Positions 39,058 to 52,133 of a stretch of DNA of 64,000 nt are shown here, piece by piece. The DNA comes from Stegostoma tigrinum (lineage: Eukaryota): the NCBI RefSeq assembly GCF_030684315.1, contig NC_081377.1, positions 44,930,017-44,994,016 of the forward strand. Direction: 5' to 3'. The notes under the pieces were generated by a model. The model saw only the letters and a list, made by a program, of their open reading frames with translations. It was not told where the DNA came from and did not search any database. How positions within the stretch are numbered: the first letter of the stretch is position 1; each line of letters opens with the position of its first letter. The position numbers were made by a program, and so were the translations under genes.

Positions 39058-39117
39058 TTCACGGAGCAGATCAAGTGGAAAGCGCAGACGGAGCCGTAGC
39101 AACTCTTTCAATGACAG
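39058..39117 (+). CDS. SRSF10: SRSF10 coding exon 5 (NSRSRSSGKRRRSRSNSFNDR)
   Basis: Acceptor T-tract TGTGCAG|T; donor AG|GTAGGG; resembles mammalian NSRPTGRPRRSRSHSDNDR. Confidence 0.88.
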
Positions 39118-39544
39118 GTAGGGCCAAGCATATTGCATTGGCTGTTGTTCATGTTCAATCATGAGTGAAGTTTCTAAAATTGAACAGAATGCTGTAGGAT
39201 TTTTCTAAGTAATGTAAAACTAATTTTATTAACGTACAGATAGTGTGATAGGATTGTTAACTTGGAGTAACTTGTATGGGATGAATTTCAGAAAAGTTAT
39301 TTGAACCTATCTCTAGAATACACTATCGAGCAAGGAAATATATCCACTGAATTTCGAGTTTGCATGCACTGAAGCTGCAGTTCTGATTGTTGACTTACCC
39401 TGTACACCTGTAGTTAAATGCCTATGTATGATGTTTGAATCCACTTTGTAAACAAAGACATTTCACTTTGCTGCCTTTGTCGTCAGGTGGTATGGTTACT
39501 AAATTTGTTACTGCTGTTTCTGCCCTTTTTTTTAAATCAGTTGT

Positions 39545-40200
39545 GAAGAGGGCATAAGAGGATATGGATCGGTTAAGTGAGTGGGCAGTGATTAAGAAAA
39601 TGGAGTATATCATGGGGAAAAATGATAGTGACCTCTTTGATAAGATACTGTGTGTCTAAATGATGAGAGTTTGCAGAGGGATCTGAGTCTCCTTGAGCAT
39701 CAATCACAGGAGGCAGTTTGGTACGAGAAGTGATTCAAAGTCAACTTTTGAGACACTAGTAAGACCACATCTTGAATATTGCATGCAGCATTGGTTTGCT
39801 TATTCAAGGAAGGATGTAAACATGTTTGAGGCAGTTCAGAGGTTTACTCAGCCACTGCCTAGAATGGCCAGGTTGCCTTACAAGGAAACGTTGAACAACT
39901 TAGACTTCTATTCGGTCGAATTTAGAACAAAATGGGGTGAATTAATTGAAACACAAGATCTTGAGGGGTCTTCTTACGGTGAATGTAATCAGGATATTCC
40001 CTTTTATGGAAGAATCTAGAATTAGAGGTCACGTTTTAAAAATATGGAGTCGCTTATTTAAAACTGGAAGCTACTTTTTGTTTTGAAGCTCATAAGTACT
40101 TGGTGCTCTCTGTGGAAAAAGTAGCTGAAGGAGAGTCTTCAAATACTTTTTAAGGCAAAGGTGGATTCTTGATGAACAATGGATGCAAGGCTGTGAGGGA
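39545..40200 (+). mobile_element. Degraded CR1
   Basis: TLVRPHLEYCMQHW motif. Confidence 0.75.
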
Positions 40201-40396
40201 TACTGTAAGACACTCTTATTTAGTCAAAAGATTTGGCCCAGCTATGTGGACATTTGTGACGCATAGCAACTCAAACTATTCCACTAACTGTGACTCACCT
40301 TTATTAAAGTACTAAACAAGAGTACTTACTCATAATTGCACTGGTTGCTCAGAGGGTCCTGTGAGTCAGGCTTTGTCTCATATGACTAATCCTCTG

Positions 40397-40745
40397 AGGG
40401 AAGGCCATGACCATGTGGTATTATCTCTGGACTGTTAATCCAGGGACCCAGATAACGTTCTGGGGACCTGGATTTGAAACCGCTGTGGCAGATGGTGGAA
40501 TTTGAATTCAGTAAAAATCTGGAATAGAATCTCATACTGACCATGAAACTATTGTTGATTGTCAGAAAAACCCATATGGTTCACTCATGTCCCTTAGGGA
40601 AGGAACCCAACCCCTACCTGGGCTGAACTACATGTGACTCTGGATGCACAACAATGTGATTGACACTTAACTGCCCTATGGGAAGGGCATTGAGTACTAA
40701 TCAGCCAGTGATGCCCTCATCCTGTGAAAGAATTTTTTTTTAAAA
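40397..40745 (+). mobile_element. tRNA-derived SINE of a second family (degraded copy at about 6230-6600)
   Basis: GTGGTATTATC.CTGGACT.TTAATCCAG..ACCCAG head; GGCAGATGGTGGAATTTGAATTCA core; T/A tail. Confidence 0.6.
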
Positions 40746-41514
40746 ACTCCCAAGTTGTCTTCAGTGGGGGAGACCAAACTGCTCTACCTGTCTGCAGCGA
40801 GTTGGCTCTCTTGCTTCTAGACTCTCTCTTGTATACCTAATAAAAACAGAAAGAACTGTGGATGCTGTAAATCAGAAACAGAAGTTGCTGGAAAAGCTCC
40901 GCAGGTCTAGTAGCATTTGTGGAGAGAAATCAGTTCTGAGCAAGGGTCTCTTGACACAACATGTTACCTCTGATTCCTCTCCACAGATGCTACCAGACCT
41001 GATGAGCTTTTCCGGCAATTTCTATTTTTCTCTTTTGTATACCTTTCTTTTCCTTAATGACTGTATGCCATACCTACATTTGACCTATTTAGTGTTTTTA
41101 AATTAAATCCTCATCCTCTTTATAGCTGTTGCTGGATGTATGTTCCCTCGGCCCCCCTCCAGGTTATGTTTGAAGAAAAATAAGTAACTGTCTGGGCTAT
41201 TATCTTCAAAACTCTTACCAGTTTCCAATGCTAGAGTGAATGAGGTATCTTTGTGGTGACAAACAATGGGCCACAGTTCCCTTGGTTCCAATACAGTGTT
41301 AATATTACTTCACATATTTTAGCAAGATTGTCTTGACCAACTTTCCCCCATCCTGTCGTCTTGTTCTGAAATCCACATGCATTTCTTCAGCTACAGTTAC
41401 CATTTCTTTGCTCTTTTCTAGCACCCTGGAAACAACTCAGCACACAGACCTCCTCCATAATCAATTTATATTCATTTACATGAAAGAAATAAAAGTACAA
41501 TTACATATATGAAA

Positions 41515-43265
41515 TGATTAAGACATAGAGGCAGAAGTAGGCCTTTTGGCTGGTCAAGTCTTTATTATGCATTGAGATCGTAGCTATGTTGTAATTCTGA
41601 AAGTCACTTTCCTTTCTTTTCCTCATAACTATTGATTATCTTGCTGATTAGAAGTTTCTCAGCCTTGATTATATCTATTCGCCCAGTTTCTTCAACCCTC
41701 TACGGTAAAGAGTATCACAGGCATCATCAGCCTCCGAAGAAGTTCCTCAACATCTGTTTAACATCTGATACCGTACTCAGATTCTGTTTTCTGATTATGT
41801 ACTCTTCCCACACAGGGAAATAAATTCTCACCACTTACCTACCCTGTCAAGCTTACTAAGAACCTTATGTTTCAGTATGGTCACCCTATTCTTCTAAACT
41901 CCAGTGAATGCAAGTCCAAACTACTTGACTTGCCCTCATAAGAAAATCATTCCATATCTGTGATCAGCCTAGTGAACCTTCTATGGACTGCTTCCAATGT
42001 CTGTATATGTTTCTTTGGATGCGGTATCCAAACTATTCACCATATTCTCAAAGTGGACTAACTAGAATTTTATATAATTTTAACAAGCCGATTACGTGTT
42101 GAACTTGGATGCTAGCTTTTTTCTGTGCATGAGGAATCCCTGTGTTGCAGTTTTTTGCGATGTTTCTCTATTTTCATAATATTCTGCTCCTCCGATCTCC
42201 TATTTTCCAACTTCCTTTATTCCATCTGCTAAATTTTTCTCCATTTTCAGAACCTATCTGTATTCCTGTGTCATCTTGCCACTTGCTCCCTGTGTATTTG
42301 TTTCTTGCACAAACTTGACAATATTTCATTCACTTTACTCATCAAAATCATCTTTATTATATTGCGGAATATTGTGGTTGCAGCGTTGATTCCTGTGCAT
42401 TCCATTAGTCGCAAGTTACCATCCTGAACTTGCCCTGTAATCTCAACTGTCTTCTATGAGTTAGGCTTTCCTCTCCATTTAACCTCAATTGTCTCTTGGA
42501 AACCCAGATATTACATCTAATAGTTTCCCTTTATATATCCTGCTTGTTGCCTCCTGAAAGAATTCTAATTTTGTTGGACATGATTTCCCTTTCATGCAGC
42601 AATTTTGGCTGCTTGATTGATATCGTGTATTCCTAAATGATCTGCCAGTACATCTTTTTACATCCTGGAAGATTTCTAGATTATAAGGACGCTTATGGAT
42701 CCACTATCTCTGTAGCTGTTTCCAGTAATATCCGAGGATATTCCCGCTCTTCCTTTTAAACAAGCCTTTGCTGTCTGTTTTGATGGTACTTGCTAGCTTA
42801 CCCACAAAGTTTATTTTCTCCCCATTTTTAGTCATCTTTTAGCTTCTATAACTTTCCCATCCCCACGGTTACCGCTAATATTTGTATGTTTGTATGTGTT
42901 TATTCATTCAGTTTGATATCCTTAACCTCTGGTTAATCATGGTCGGTTTAACGCCTTCCAAGAATCCTTCCTCCCTCTATATATTTTTGAGAGCCATGAG
43001 CCATTTTCTTAAAAGACTACAGTTGTTCATCAACTTCTTTTCTGCCAAACTCTCTTCCAGGTTCTGTACAATTGACTCAATCCTCATCCTTGTGTAATTA
43101 CCCTTGCATTTATTACGGTTGTTTCCAACATCAGTTTCTTGCACTCAAACTGATGGCTAAATTCTACCATGTATGGTCACTGTCCCAAAATAATCTTTCA
43201 CACTCAGATCATTTATTGAATTTGCTTCATTTATGCAGCTCCTAGTCCAAAAGACCCTGACACAC
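41515..43265 (-). mobile_element. Old, degraded CR1
   Basis: Reverse CR1 tail and RT-region motifs (CTTCTAAACTCCAGTGAAT, CATGATTTCCCTTTCATG). Confidence 0.65.
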
Positions 43266-43945
43266 TCTTGAGTCTGGCTTCTCAACTCCAATCAAAAGTT
43301 TATTGGACTGTGAAAACATACTACAAATGCATTGTTCCCAGACCACCTTGGTATCCAACAGCTCTGACATGCTGCAGCGGAAACATACCATCTGTTCTGC
43401 CATCATTCATTTTGTTTACCTTAAGTATTCTTGATTCCCTTCTCTTTGCATATTGTGACTATTAACAAGTGACACATTGACTTAGTTATTGGAGTTGCAG
43501 TTACGATCCGATCAGTCATGAGCTTAATCAATTATGATGCAGGCTTTGAGGCACCAAGTGGCTTTATCTGTTCCTAACTCATGTTTCCCCTGTCGTTCTC
43601 ATATTTGTGCATTACTTACATAACAAATGTAAGTTATGCTGAAATGTATTCTCTCTCTCTTATACCTGCATGTTTTATATTCAGTCTTACTTTTTCCACT
43701 GTTCTCATTTTTCTCCATCTCCTTAATTTTTCTTAGTTTGGTTTCTGATTTCCAAGATTTATGAAATCAGTTCTTCCTCATTGTACGGAAGGAGCTACAT
43801 AGAATGATGGAAGTATTACATAAACCAACGAAAGATAGGAGAAAAGCAGAATGAAGAGATGACAATTTTGCAGGAAATAAACTAATTTGGTTCCCTTCCT
43901 TTAAATGTAATCTCATGTTGTCTTAATTGGATTTGCAATTTATAG

Positions 43946-44168
43946 GCACAGACGTCGCCATCGTTCCTATTCTAGATCAAGATCCAGGTCACGCTCTAGA
44001 TCCCGCTCAAGATCCAGATCAAAATCCGTATCGCGATCAAAATCAGCATCTAGAAAGGATTCTAAGACACGATCACAATCAAGGTCATGCAGCCATTCAA
44101 GGTCCAGATCTAGATCTAAGTCGAGGTCACTGAGCGGCCACAAGTCTGATAGTCACCATGAGGACTGA
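43946..44168 (+). CDS. SRSF10: SRSF10 last coding exon (HRRRHRSYSRSRSRS...SRSLSGHKSDSHHED*)
   Basis: Acceptor TTTATAG|G; phase-2 junction keeps frame; RS dipeptide repeats; TGA at 44166-44168; spliced CDS totals 729 nt. Confidence 0.92.
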
Positions 44169-45730
44169 AATAATGGATAGTCGTTCATCAACTTGCAGCT
44201 ACCATTTGAGCTTTTCTTTTTGTTTTGGGGGTCTTGTAGTTAAGAGAAGGTGGGTACTGTTTTATGACTACAGGAAGATTTAGTGTACAAGAATAATTTG
44301 TTGATGGTGCTTCAAAGATTTCAACCATGATTTTAAACTGAATGATGCAGTAACTACAACTGACCAGTTAATAAGGTGCCATTAACATTAATGTTACTCA
44401 TTGGTTCTTGAAGGTCAACTTGTTCACTATTGTTTTTAGGCAAATTTAGAAAGATATATTTGATTCATGGCTATGTTACTGTTAGTAATTTTTTTTATAA
44501 AGCAGTGCCCTCTATACTGATTGTCCAAAAAATACTAAATTGTTTTCCCTGTTTAATATTCTGATGGATTAATAAAGCTGCTGGTACAAATCAAAACTGT
44601 GTGAATTCAAAATTTGTAAATGCTACTGTTAACAAAGAACATGTCATCAATGCAGTGCTGTATTAACATAACTACAGTGTGGGGTTTAACATCATTCATA
44701 ATTGCCTGAAACATTCTGCTTGGGGGATTGGTTTATAGAAATTCTCCTTATTTTACCCAACTGGTCACATTAAGCACAATCAAAAAGTATTGGCAATTTG
44801 TTGCCCACAACCTTATGTTCTGTTCTTGTGTGTTTATGCAATGCAGTAGTCTGGCATGCTTCCTGTAGTATTGATTTGTGTATTTTGCATGAATATTTGT
44901 TTTCATTCTTGGCTGTAAAGATATAATTTGCTAATGCTGTTAGATAAACTACCTGCATTTTTATTGTAAGACAAATGCAGGAACTTGTATCTGATGCGAA
45001 ATTGGACATTTTTCCAAAAAAAAAACAGATTTGTCTTGTGCTGAAACATTTTTTTTTCATGTAGAAGCTTGTAAAAACAAAAGGGATTTTTATACCACGT
45101 CTTTTTAATAAAAGCTGTTTGTAAAAGTTCATCTATATTAGAAATGTTTTCAGTTTAAGCTTTAAAATGCTAAGTTGTCTAGGTCTTTGCATGACTAGAA
45201 AAATGTGATGTTTGAAATCAAGTAATAGTATATCCTAAAGATTAAAAACATTGACCCCTTGAAAGGTCATATCTAGCCATTAATCTTTGTGAATTTGGAT
45301 AAGCAGAACTGGGAATAAAATTGTAATCTGATGTAAGTGACTTAAATCAACTGTGTTCAATGACATTAGGCTAGTGTGAGAAGTCTTGCTTAAAGTTTTT
45401 TTTTATTTTTGCCAGTTTAGGTCTGGCCTAAGTGAGCCAGGATAGGTTCAGTATGTCTTGGTTTTACAGTCCAGTTTGTTTCTTGCCTTTACTCAAAAGA
45501 AGTGATAAGATTCTTCACTTGTGAAGACAGTGTATACAGGGTATGCCTTTTCATAACTTTCTAGATTTCAGTTCAAGGTATGCAGTGCAAATAAACACTC
45601 TTACAGTCTTAGCACCAGTTATCAAGTAAATCTATATCATTTGGATTAGATGTGGATGTTCTGTTCATCCTTTTTGTTCATGACAGCTGACTGTAACTAA
45701 CTTGTAAATAAATCTGTGCTGTAAATGAAG
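44169..45730 (+). other. SRSF10: SRSF10 3' UTR with tandem polyadenylation signals
   Basis: AU-rich and repeat-free; AATAAA at 44571, 45107, 45314, 45590 and 45707. Which site is used cannot be determined here. Confidence 0.65.
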
Positions 45731-46395
45731 TATCTCAGATCTGTTTTCTTAAAGGAATTATCTACTTTTCAGTCAGAAGCCTATGTACACTAACACCATA
45801 GGAGATAAGCTGAATTGTATCTGTTGGTTAAAATTAAAACAGCACAAAAGAACCCCATTTGGCTGTTGAACCTGTAAATAGTTCTTTTGAATAATCCATG
45901 TAACCTTGCTCCCTGTAAATGTATCCATTTATCCAAATTTATTTTGTAAGATCTATTCTTCTGTGTTGTGCATAAGGTAGAGCAGCCTGTATATGATGCC
46001 ATGCTTAGTGACTGATGACAGTATAAATTTTCTCCAACAGTTTTGATTTAAGTTGTGGCTATGTCAGGATTTACTGTATTTCAAAAATAATGTGCAATTT
46101 GTTTTGTACTCATGGTAACTTGTTACATTGGACAAGGCATCCATTAATGCTGACTGATTAACAAGGAGGTTGTGCTCAATTTTAAATGGGACAGATTGAC
46201 TCTGATCCTGAGAAATGAACTAGCAAATAAGTGTATATGCTCTTTTGACAACCAATTTAGGATTGTCATATAATTATAGTAAGATTGTCCAGCAACTATT
46301 ATCCAATTCAGAATCACAGCTAATGCTAGAAATCTGCAGATTCTTTTCTGTTTGTGCTGAAAGATTGGCCTACTCAGAAACCACCTAAATAAACA

Positions 46396-46590
46396 GTGTA
46401 GAGCTGGACAAACACAGCAGGAAAGCTGACGTTTTGGGTCTAGATGCTTCAGAAATTTTTTTTTTCTTCTTCTGAAGGGTCTCGCCTGAAAACGTCAACT
46501 TTCCTGCTCCTCTGATGCTGCTTGGCCTGCTGTGTTCATCCAGCTCTACACCTTATCTCATTCTCCAGCATCGGCAGTTCCTACTATCTA
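46396..46590. mobile_element. Palindromic Penelope-end element (partial ends also at 47278-47360, 51415-51512, 58285-58417, 59771-59860)
   Basis: Same terminal sequence family as 4190-4393. Confidence 0.8.
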
Positions 46591-48249
46591 AATAAACACC
46601 GTAGAGTTTGTTCACTATAAATATACTGACATAGGGCACATTTGTGCCATTTTGCAGAATAACAGCTACCCTGAACACTGTATATTGCACAAGCTCACTA
46701 AGACAGTCTATCCAATTATTCTGTAAAGGTGAAATATTTAATGTTTGAGCAACAGGTGAAGCTAGCTGTTTCATGGATTACAAGAGCTGGTGTGCGTGCG
46801 TGTGTGTGTGGGGGGCGGGGTGCGGCGGCAAGGTGCTGAAGCCCTAAGATTGTTGAATGTGATAGAGTCCAGAAGGCTGCAGGGTTCCAAGTGGAAAATG
46901 AAGTGCTGAGCTTTGCTGGAGCACTGCAGCAAGTCCAAGTGACAGATGTTGGCCAGAGAACACTGAAGTGGCAACCAACTGGAAGCTCAGGGTCTTTTTA
47001 AGTAGATGTGTTCTGTGGAGCAGTCATCCTCAATATTCCTTCAGTTGTTTGCAACAAGTAAAATACTAGCCATATTCAACCAGTTCCTGCTTGCAAGTGT
47101 CTTAATGTTAAATGTGATTCTGTAATTGGACATCTGCAGGTACAAGGAATTACACTGACAACTAGTTTAATACTTGGGCTTAGTGATTCACTTGTGTACT
47201 GACAACACTTGTACCAATCAATCAGAAATTATTCTAAGTGTTGGGTTTTCTCCTTGAATTTGTATCACTGCAAAACTCTGAAGGGTCTAGTCCCGAAATG
47301 TCAGCTTTTGTGCTCCTGAGATGCTACTTGGCCTGCTGTGTTCATCCATCTTCACTTTATGTTGATGAATGCATTTTTTTTTCTTTGATTCCATAATACT
47401 CATCTATTACAAAACAGCTATTTGATAACCAAATCATGGGGCCTCTTCACAAAATCTGATCCTTGTTCTTGTGCACTTTTACCTGGTTAAGAGCACATCA
47501 CCAAAGGAAACTAGTGTATCTAAATCTCAAACTTATCAGTGTCACAGCTGCATCCGATGTAAGTCTTCATGCAATCGATACTCTCATAGCTGGATTACTT
47601 GGATAACCTCTTGGGTTACATCAAGGACAGAAAAAGTAAAACTCCATGTGGGGGTTTGGGCATTTTCACTTGTAAATACTTGTCTACCATAAGTTGTACA
47701 GTCATTTTTTTTTGGAAAAAAGTGATATTGGAGTTGCCTGCCTTTAAAGTTCTTTTCATGTGTAATAACTGTGCTGAGGAAGTCAATGGAAAGAGACCAG
47801 CATTCCAAAGTAGTAAGATTAAGTTACAGAACTTGAAGGCAAGTCCAAACCAATCTGGGTAGAATTCAGTTGAATTTTTAACCAATGTAATCCATATGAG
47901 TGAACAAAGAAATGTATCAATAGGTGTTAATCTGACAACTGAGCAAATATTTTGGTCAGATGAATACTATTTCTTGAGCTGAATCTGCTCAGTGACTTCT
48001 TCGTAACATTATCCATTGCAACAAGGTACTGAACCATGGATTGATTCAATATGGATAAGGGAAAAGTTTACAACAATCAAGCAAGGGAAGCAAGCCATCA
48101 ATAAATGATTTCATCTGTAGCTCCTAAACGGTGCTCTAAATCAGGGACAAAAATAAAGCATTACCATGGATTTTTTTTCCTTCAGATGCTGCCAGACCTG
48201 CTGCAGCAACTTTGTTTCATTTCAGGAATGAAAACATGTTCTAGATACA

Positions 48250-50459
48250 AATTACAACTTGGTTTATACTCTTTATTGTCTGGACTGACTAACAGATGTA
48301 CAGGCTGACAACTTAACCCTACAACACTTAACATCTTGTAAATAGTCCAGACTAATGTTGAAGTTGCATATTTTGTATTGAATTCCCAAATTCCTTGATG
48401 TATTGAGTGCACATTTCAGTAACTGAAGGTTTATCCCCACCTAATCAAAGATGAGTACTTTTAAAAAGTTGAGGTTGCAATAGTTTACTCAATTTATATT
48501 CTTCTGCATCTCAGCTACCATATAACAGTTAAAGAAACAAAACTCATCTAGAATTTCAGAATTTTGATAAGGTAAAAAGACTTAAATTTGCATTCATGCT
48601 GCAAATTGGTTAAGTCAATTTATTGAGGGATTTGTTCCAACTCATGAACAGTAATCATTTCAATACAGACTTCTTACTGTTAAAAGAGAATCCCAAGCCC
48701 CAGGTGTATTAGGACATAATTTTGTTGGATTATATAGGGCTGCTAAATCCAAACAGACTGCAAATGTTTCTGGGGCAATAGAACATTCATTTATAGATTT
48801 AATCAGGAGTGAACAGTCCTTTTCCGATGTTACCTGAGACAAGGGGGGAAAGAAACTGCCCTTTAGAACTAAAGTGTGACTGAGTTGATCAAGCTATTGA
48901 AATGGAGGTCCAAATGGTTTTACACTCCTCCCCAACAAAAAAGTGTTGTTACTATGTGGAAATGGTAACAAAGAAAATCTATAAGCCAGTTTAAATTTAC
49001 ATTCATATGATTACCATTCCCAAGCCTGGTATGCGGAAAATCATAGACCCTTGGTAACAGAAGCAAAGAATAATCAATACATTCTGGATGTCCATTGGTA
49101 AAACTGTAGCTTTAAAGACGAGATGCTGTTCTCAAAAGTATGTTGCACAGCATAGTCAGTAACAACCAACATCACAACATTACTACTGCAAGGTTACAAG
49201 GCATTATCAGTGGGGGGGGGGGGGGGGGGGGGAGAGAAACACAGATAGATTTAGTGCAAACAGCAGTACAAATTACTAAAATCAGATTACTCATTTCTGT
49301 TCCTTTCAAAAACAAATGATATGACCATTTCAGAATATGCAGCAACCACAGTTATTTAACATTTTTCTTTACGTGAAGTATTTTCTATAGCTTTTATTCC
49401 CCCTACAATGAAAACCAGTCATTCCTTTTTAAAAACACGCAAGCACCTTGACACAAGTAGCATCAAATATTTGTGCTTTTGATCCATTTAAAAAAGAAAA
49501 ATATTCTTTAGGTGTGACATACCAAGAAACTGGTGGCATGATTTATGCATTTAGCCATCATACTAAAATAGTTTATTCAGCAGACAAATCCTGCTTTAAT
49601 ATACATATGGTACAAAGTTTTACACTTGTGGCTCTTTCTACAGGTTTAAAAAAAACACTGGCCAGGAGAGTTAACAATTTGCATGACTAATTTTAGCTAG
49701 CTTAATCACAATCTGAAATTCAGCCAGAGCTTTGCCTTCTGCAAAAGTTTTTTTGCCAATTTCAAGCAAGTTTTGTATTCCAGTATTATATTAAAAATGT
49801 GGTGACAGGTACAATGAATATTTGAAAAAGGTCTCATGTTAATCTGAGGAAATTTAAGCATTTACTTTTCACTACAGTGCACAAATTGCTTTTACCTCAG
49901 GCTCCTAACATATGGTAACATATCTACCACTGGCAGATGTAACTTCATGTTTTGACAAACATTCTTCATGGGTTATTGCATCATAACAATCATCCTTCAT
50001 AAGGACAGGACCCATTTAATATCAGGAATTTCAAAAAAAGTAATAAAAACCAAACAAACATTCTTCTACAGCAGGAAGCTACATACACATCTTGCTAAAT
50101 ATGCCCAACTGTGGTTGGGCAAAAACAAGATGGCCAACAAAATTGCTGATTCAACACTTTGATAGGAGCAAAATCTTTAGATCTAAAGTCAGGAATATTC
50201 TTCAGTCAAAACATTGGAATTCCAATGTTTTGAGTTGAAATTTGTTTCCTATTCACAGAAAAAGGGCAGAACAGGAGGAGGAAACAAGCTTCCAGTACAA
50301 CTGCTGGACACAAAACTGCGCCAATACACACCAAAAACAACCAACTTGGAAGGATATCAAAGGCAGTGCTTTCTTAAAAAAAACAAACACCAAAACTCCT
50401 GTATTATGTAGTCCAATTAGAAACTGTTTCCAGCAGTGGGGTCCTTTTAAGTCTACAGA
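48250..50459 (-). other. PNRC2: PNRC2 3' UTR (end uncertain)
   Basis: Repeat-free AU-rich sequence; minus-strand AATAAA at 49572, 49393, 48619 and 48272. Confidence 0.55.
49212..49232. repeat. G21 homopolymer (C21 in PNRC2 mRNA sense)
   Basis: Counted directly. Confidence 0.9.
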
Positions 50460-50900
50460 CTATGCCTGCACTTTTAGCATGGTCTTCAACTGAAAGGTCA
50501 TTTCACTGTGATCAGATGACTCCAAGGGCACACGTACCCAATGGCTTGGAGGCTTGGGTAGTACACTTGGTGATGGTGGCTCACTGAACTTGGCTCCAGC
50601 ATAATTTTGATCAGACTGCAACCTAAACAGTGTGCTCGAGCTGCTCAGAACTGCCTCCCAACTCTGATTGTTTGCAGTAAAGTGCATAACATTCTTTCCT
50701 TCTTTCTGCACAACCTGACATGTTTCAGAAATAAATTGATATCGTCCATGTCCCTTCTCGCCTTTCTTGTGCATTGTTTTCATGTGATAGAGATTATCAT
50801 CCTTGTTCTTTTGTCTGCTGCTGTTTAAGTGCAGGTTTCTCTTTGGAGTCCCATGGTTTGGTTGGGATATTGGGATGTTTAATCTTTCGACACCTCCCAT
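50460..50900 (-). CDS. PNRC2: Proline-rich nuclear receptor coactivator 2 (146 aa, CDS in one exon)
   Basis: MGGxER.NIP start, YAGAKFSEPPSPSVLPKPPSHW motif and C-terminal LKTMLKVQ NR box; exon acceptor TTTTACAG| at 50923/50922; convergent with SRSF10 as in mammals. Confidence 0.96.
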   Translation of the reverse strand: MGGVERLNIPISQPNHGTPKRNLHLNSSRQKNKDDNLYHMKTMHKKGEKGHGRYQFISETCQVVQKEGKNVMHFTANNQSWEAVLSSSSTLFRLQSDQNYAGAKFSEPPSPSVLPKPPSHWVRVPLESSDHSEMTFQLKTMLKVQA

Positions 50901-52094
50901 TTTTCTCCAAAGAAACTATCACCTGTAAAATTAGAAGAAAAATGGTCAATTCTAATTCCAACTCTTGAACGTGCACCAAAATGTTTAGAAATTAAAATGG
51001 GTACTTAAAAGGGTGAACCAATACCACAACATTTCAGTTTGGGGCCAGGCCTAACTTTTTTTGCATTTGTTAAAATAACTACTTGCAACAATGCGACTGC
51101 TTTTGGAGTACTAGCTGCAACAGCTATACGTTAACCACATGCTAGGACACTATCACTGCAGTTGCAAACAGTAAAAATAATGTCACTATGGTCACTTTTC
51201 AGAAAGCCTTTCCATTGTTTTACAAGAATTACTCCTTTAGTCACCCAGTGTTTAGATGCAACTAACAGAAACCTCTGGGTTTTAATGATTCAGCTGTAAC
51301 TTTATTTAAAAAAAATTGTGTCCTTCCGGCTGACAACGCACGACCCGTGAAACAAGGTGAGGAAGACTTACAACCACTGGATTTGAGAGACAGTTAAAGG
51401 ATGTAAAATGGATTAAAGATAATAAAATGTGAGGCTGGATGAACACAGCAGGCCAAGCAGCATCTCAGGAGCACAAAAACTGACGTTTCGGGCCTAGACC
51501 CTTCATCAGAGAGGATGAAAATGGATTAAAAACGTGTTTTGAAATACACTACCAAGTTCAGAGGAGTCCAACTGCAATTCTAAAGGTAAGATCGCCCAGC
51601 TACAAACGTTAATATTTCTGAAACACTGAATAGGAATATGAACGTGAACAAATTGAAGAAATACGATATTTCTCCCACGACATCCATATCCCGTGAAAGA
51701 CCGAAGGCCACTAAGGAATGAACTGCGGATGTTGTAAAATGTAACTATCTTAACTGATTATTTTCCACTCTGATTTAACAGCTAGTCAAGCTCTAGAAAA
51801 GATTGCAACCAAGAATCGGAGTCAAGAGATTAATAACTTTTTAAAAGCAGGAACGTTTTTAAAAGTTTGTTCAGTCTTTGCCGACGTGCAGGAGTCTCTC
51901 TTTTCCCCCCAAGACACCAACCTCTTCGTCGAAAAATCCCAAAACTTGTCGATCTTCTCGTCCAAAGCTTTCTGGAAACTTCGACGCCAGGTTATAAGGA
52001 AATTCTCACTTTTGGTGAATCTTGGTGATTTTCCCCAAGTAGGAATTTGCATCAGCAGAACTCCGACAGAAGATGGTGCAGCCAAGCACAACAT
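50879..52094 (-). CDS. Candidate spliced overlapping uORF, 42 aa (52094-52010 joined to 50922-50879)
   Basis: Reads MLCLAAPSSVGVLLMQIPTWGKSPRFTK/SDSFFGEKWEVSKD*; stop lies about 20 nt into the PNRC2 CDS in another frame. Depends on the inferred exon 2. Confidence 0.5.
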
Positions 52095-52133
52095 GGGTCT
52101 GCTCGGCACACACGGTTCCGTACAGTTCACACC
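52010..52133 (-). other. PNRC2: PNRC2 5' exon 2 (contains the uORF start)
   Basis: Long pyrimidine tract and CTGAAG| acceptor at 52134; donor AAA|GTGAGA at 52009; 124 nt. Confidence 0.72.

Noticed and set aside
43927-44133. ORF with DQDP repeats
   Set aside because: Alternative-frame reading of the SRSF10 RS-coding exon.
44169-46400. Equivalent of the mammalian short-isoform alternative last exon of SRSF10
   Set aside because: I found no phase-compatible exon resembling RPNCSWNTQYSSAYYTSRKI by eye. Absence is not proven.
47560-47885. Minus-strand ORFs with a signal-peptide-like stretch between the two 3' ends
   Set aside because: No recognisable domain, no ATG start or clear splice sites, and frequent stops nearby. 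A tBLASTx search would settle it.
50797-50979. 60-aa ORF overlapping the PNRC2 start, or a PNRC1-like N-terminal extension
   Set aside because: The ORF begins in intron sequence upstream of the 50922 acceptor, and the PNRC2 frame has TGA TAG just upstream of its ATG, so no extension is possible.
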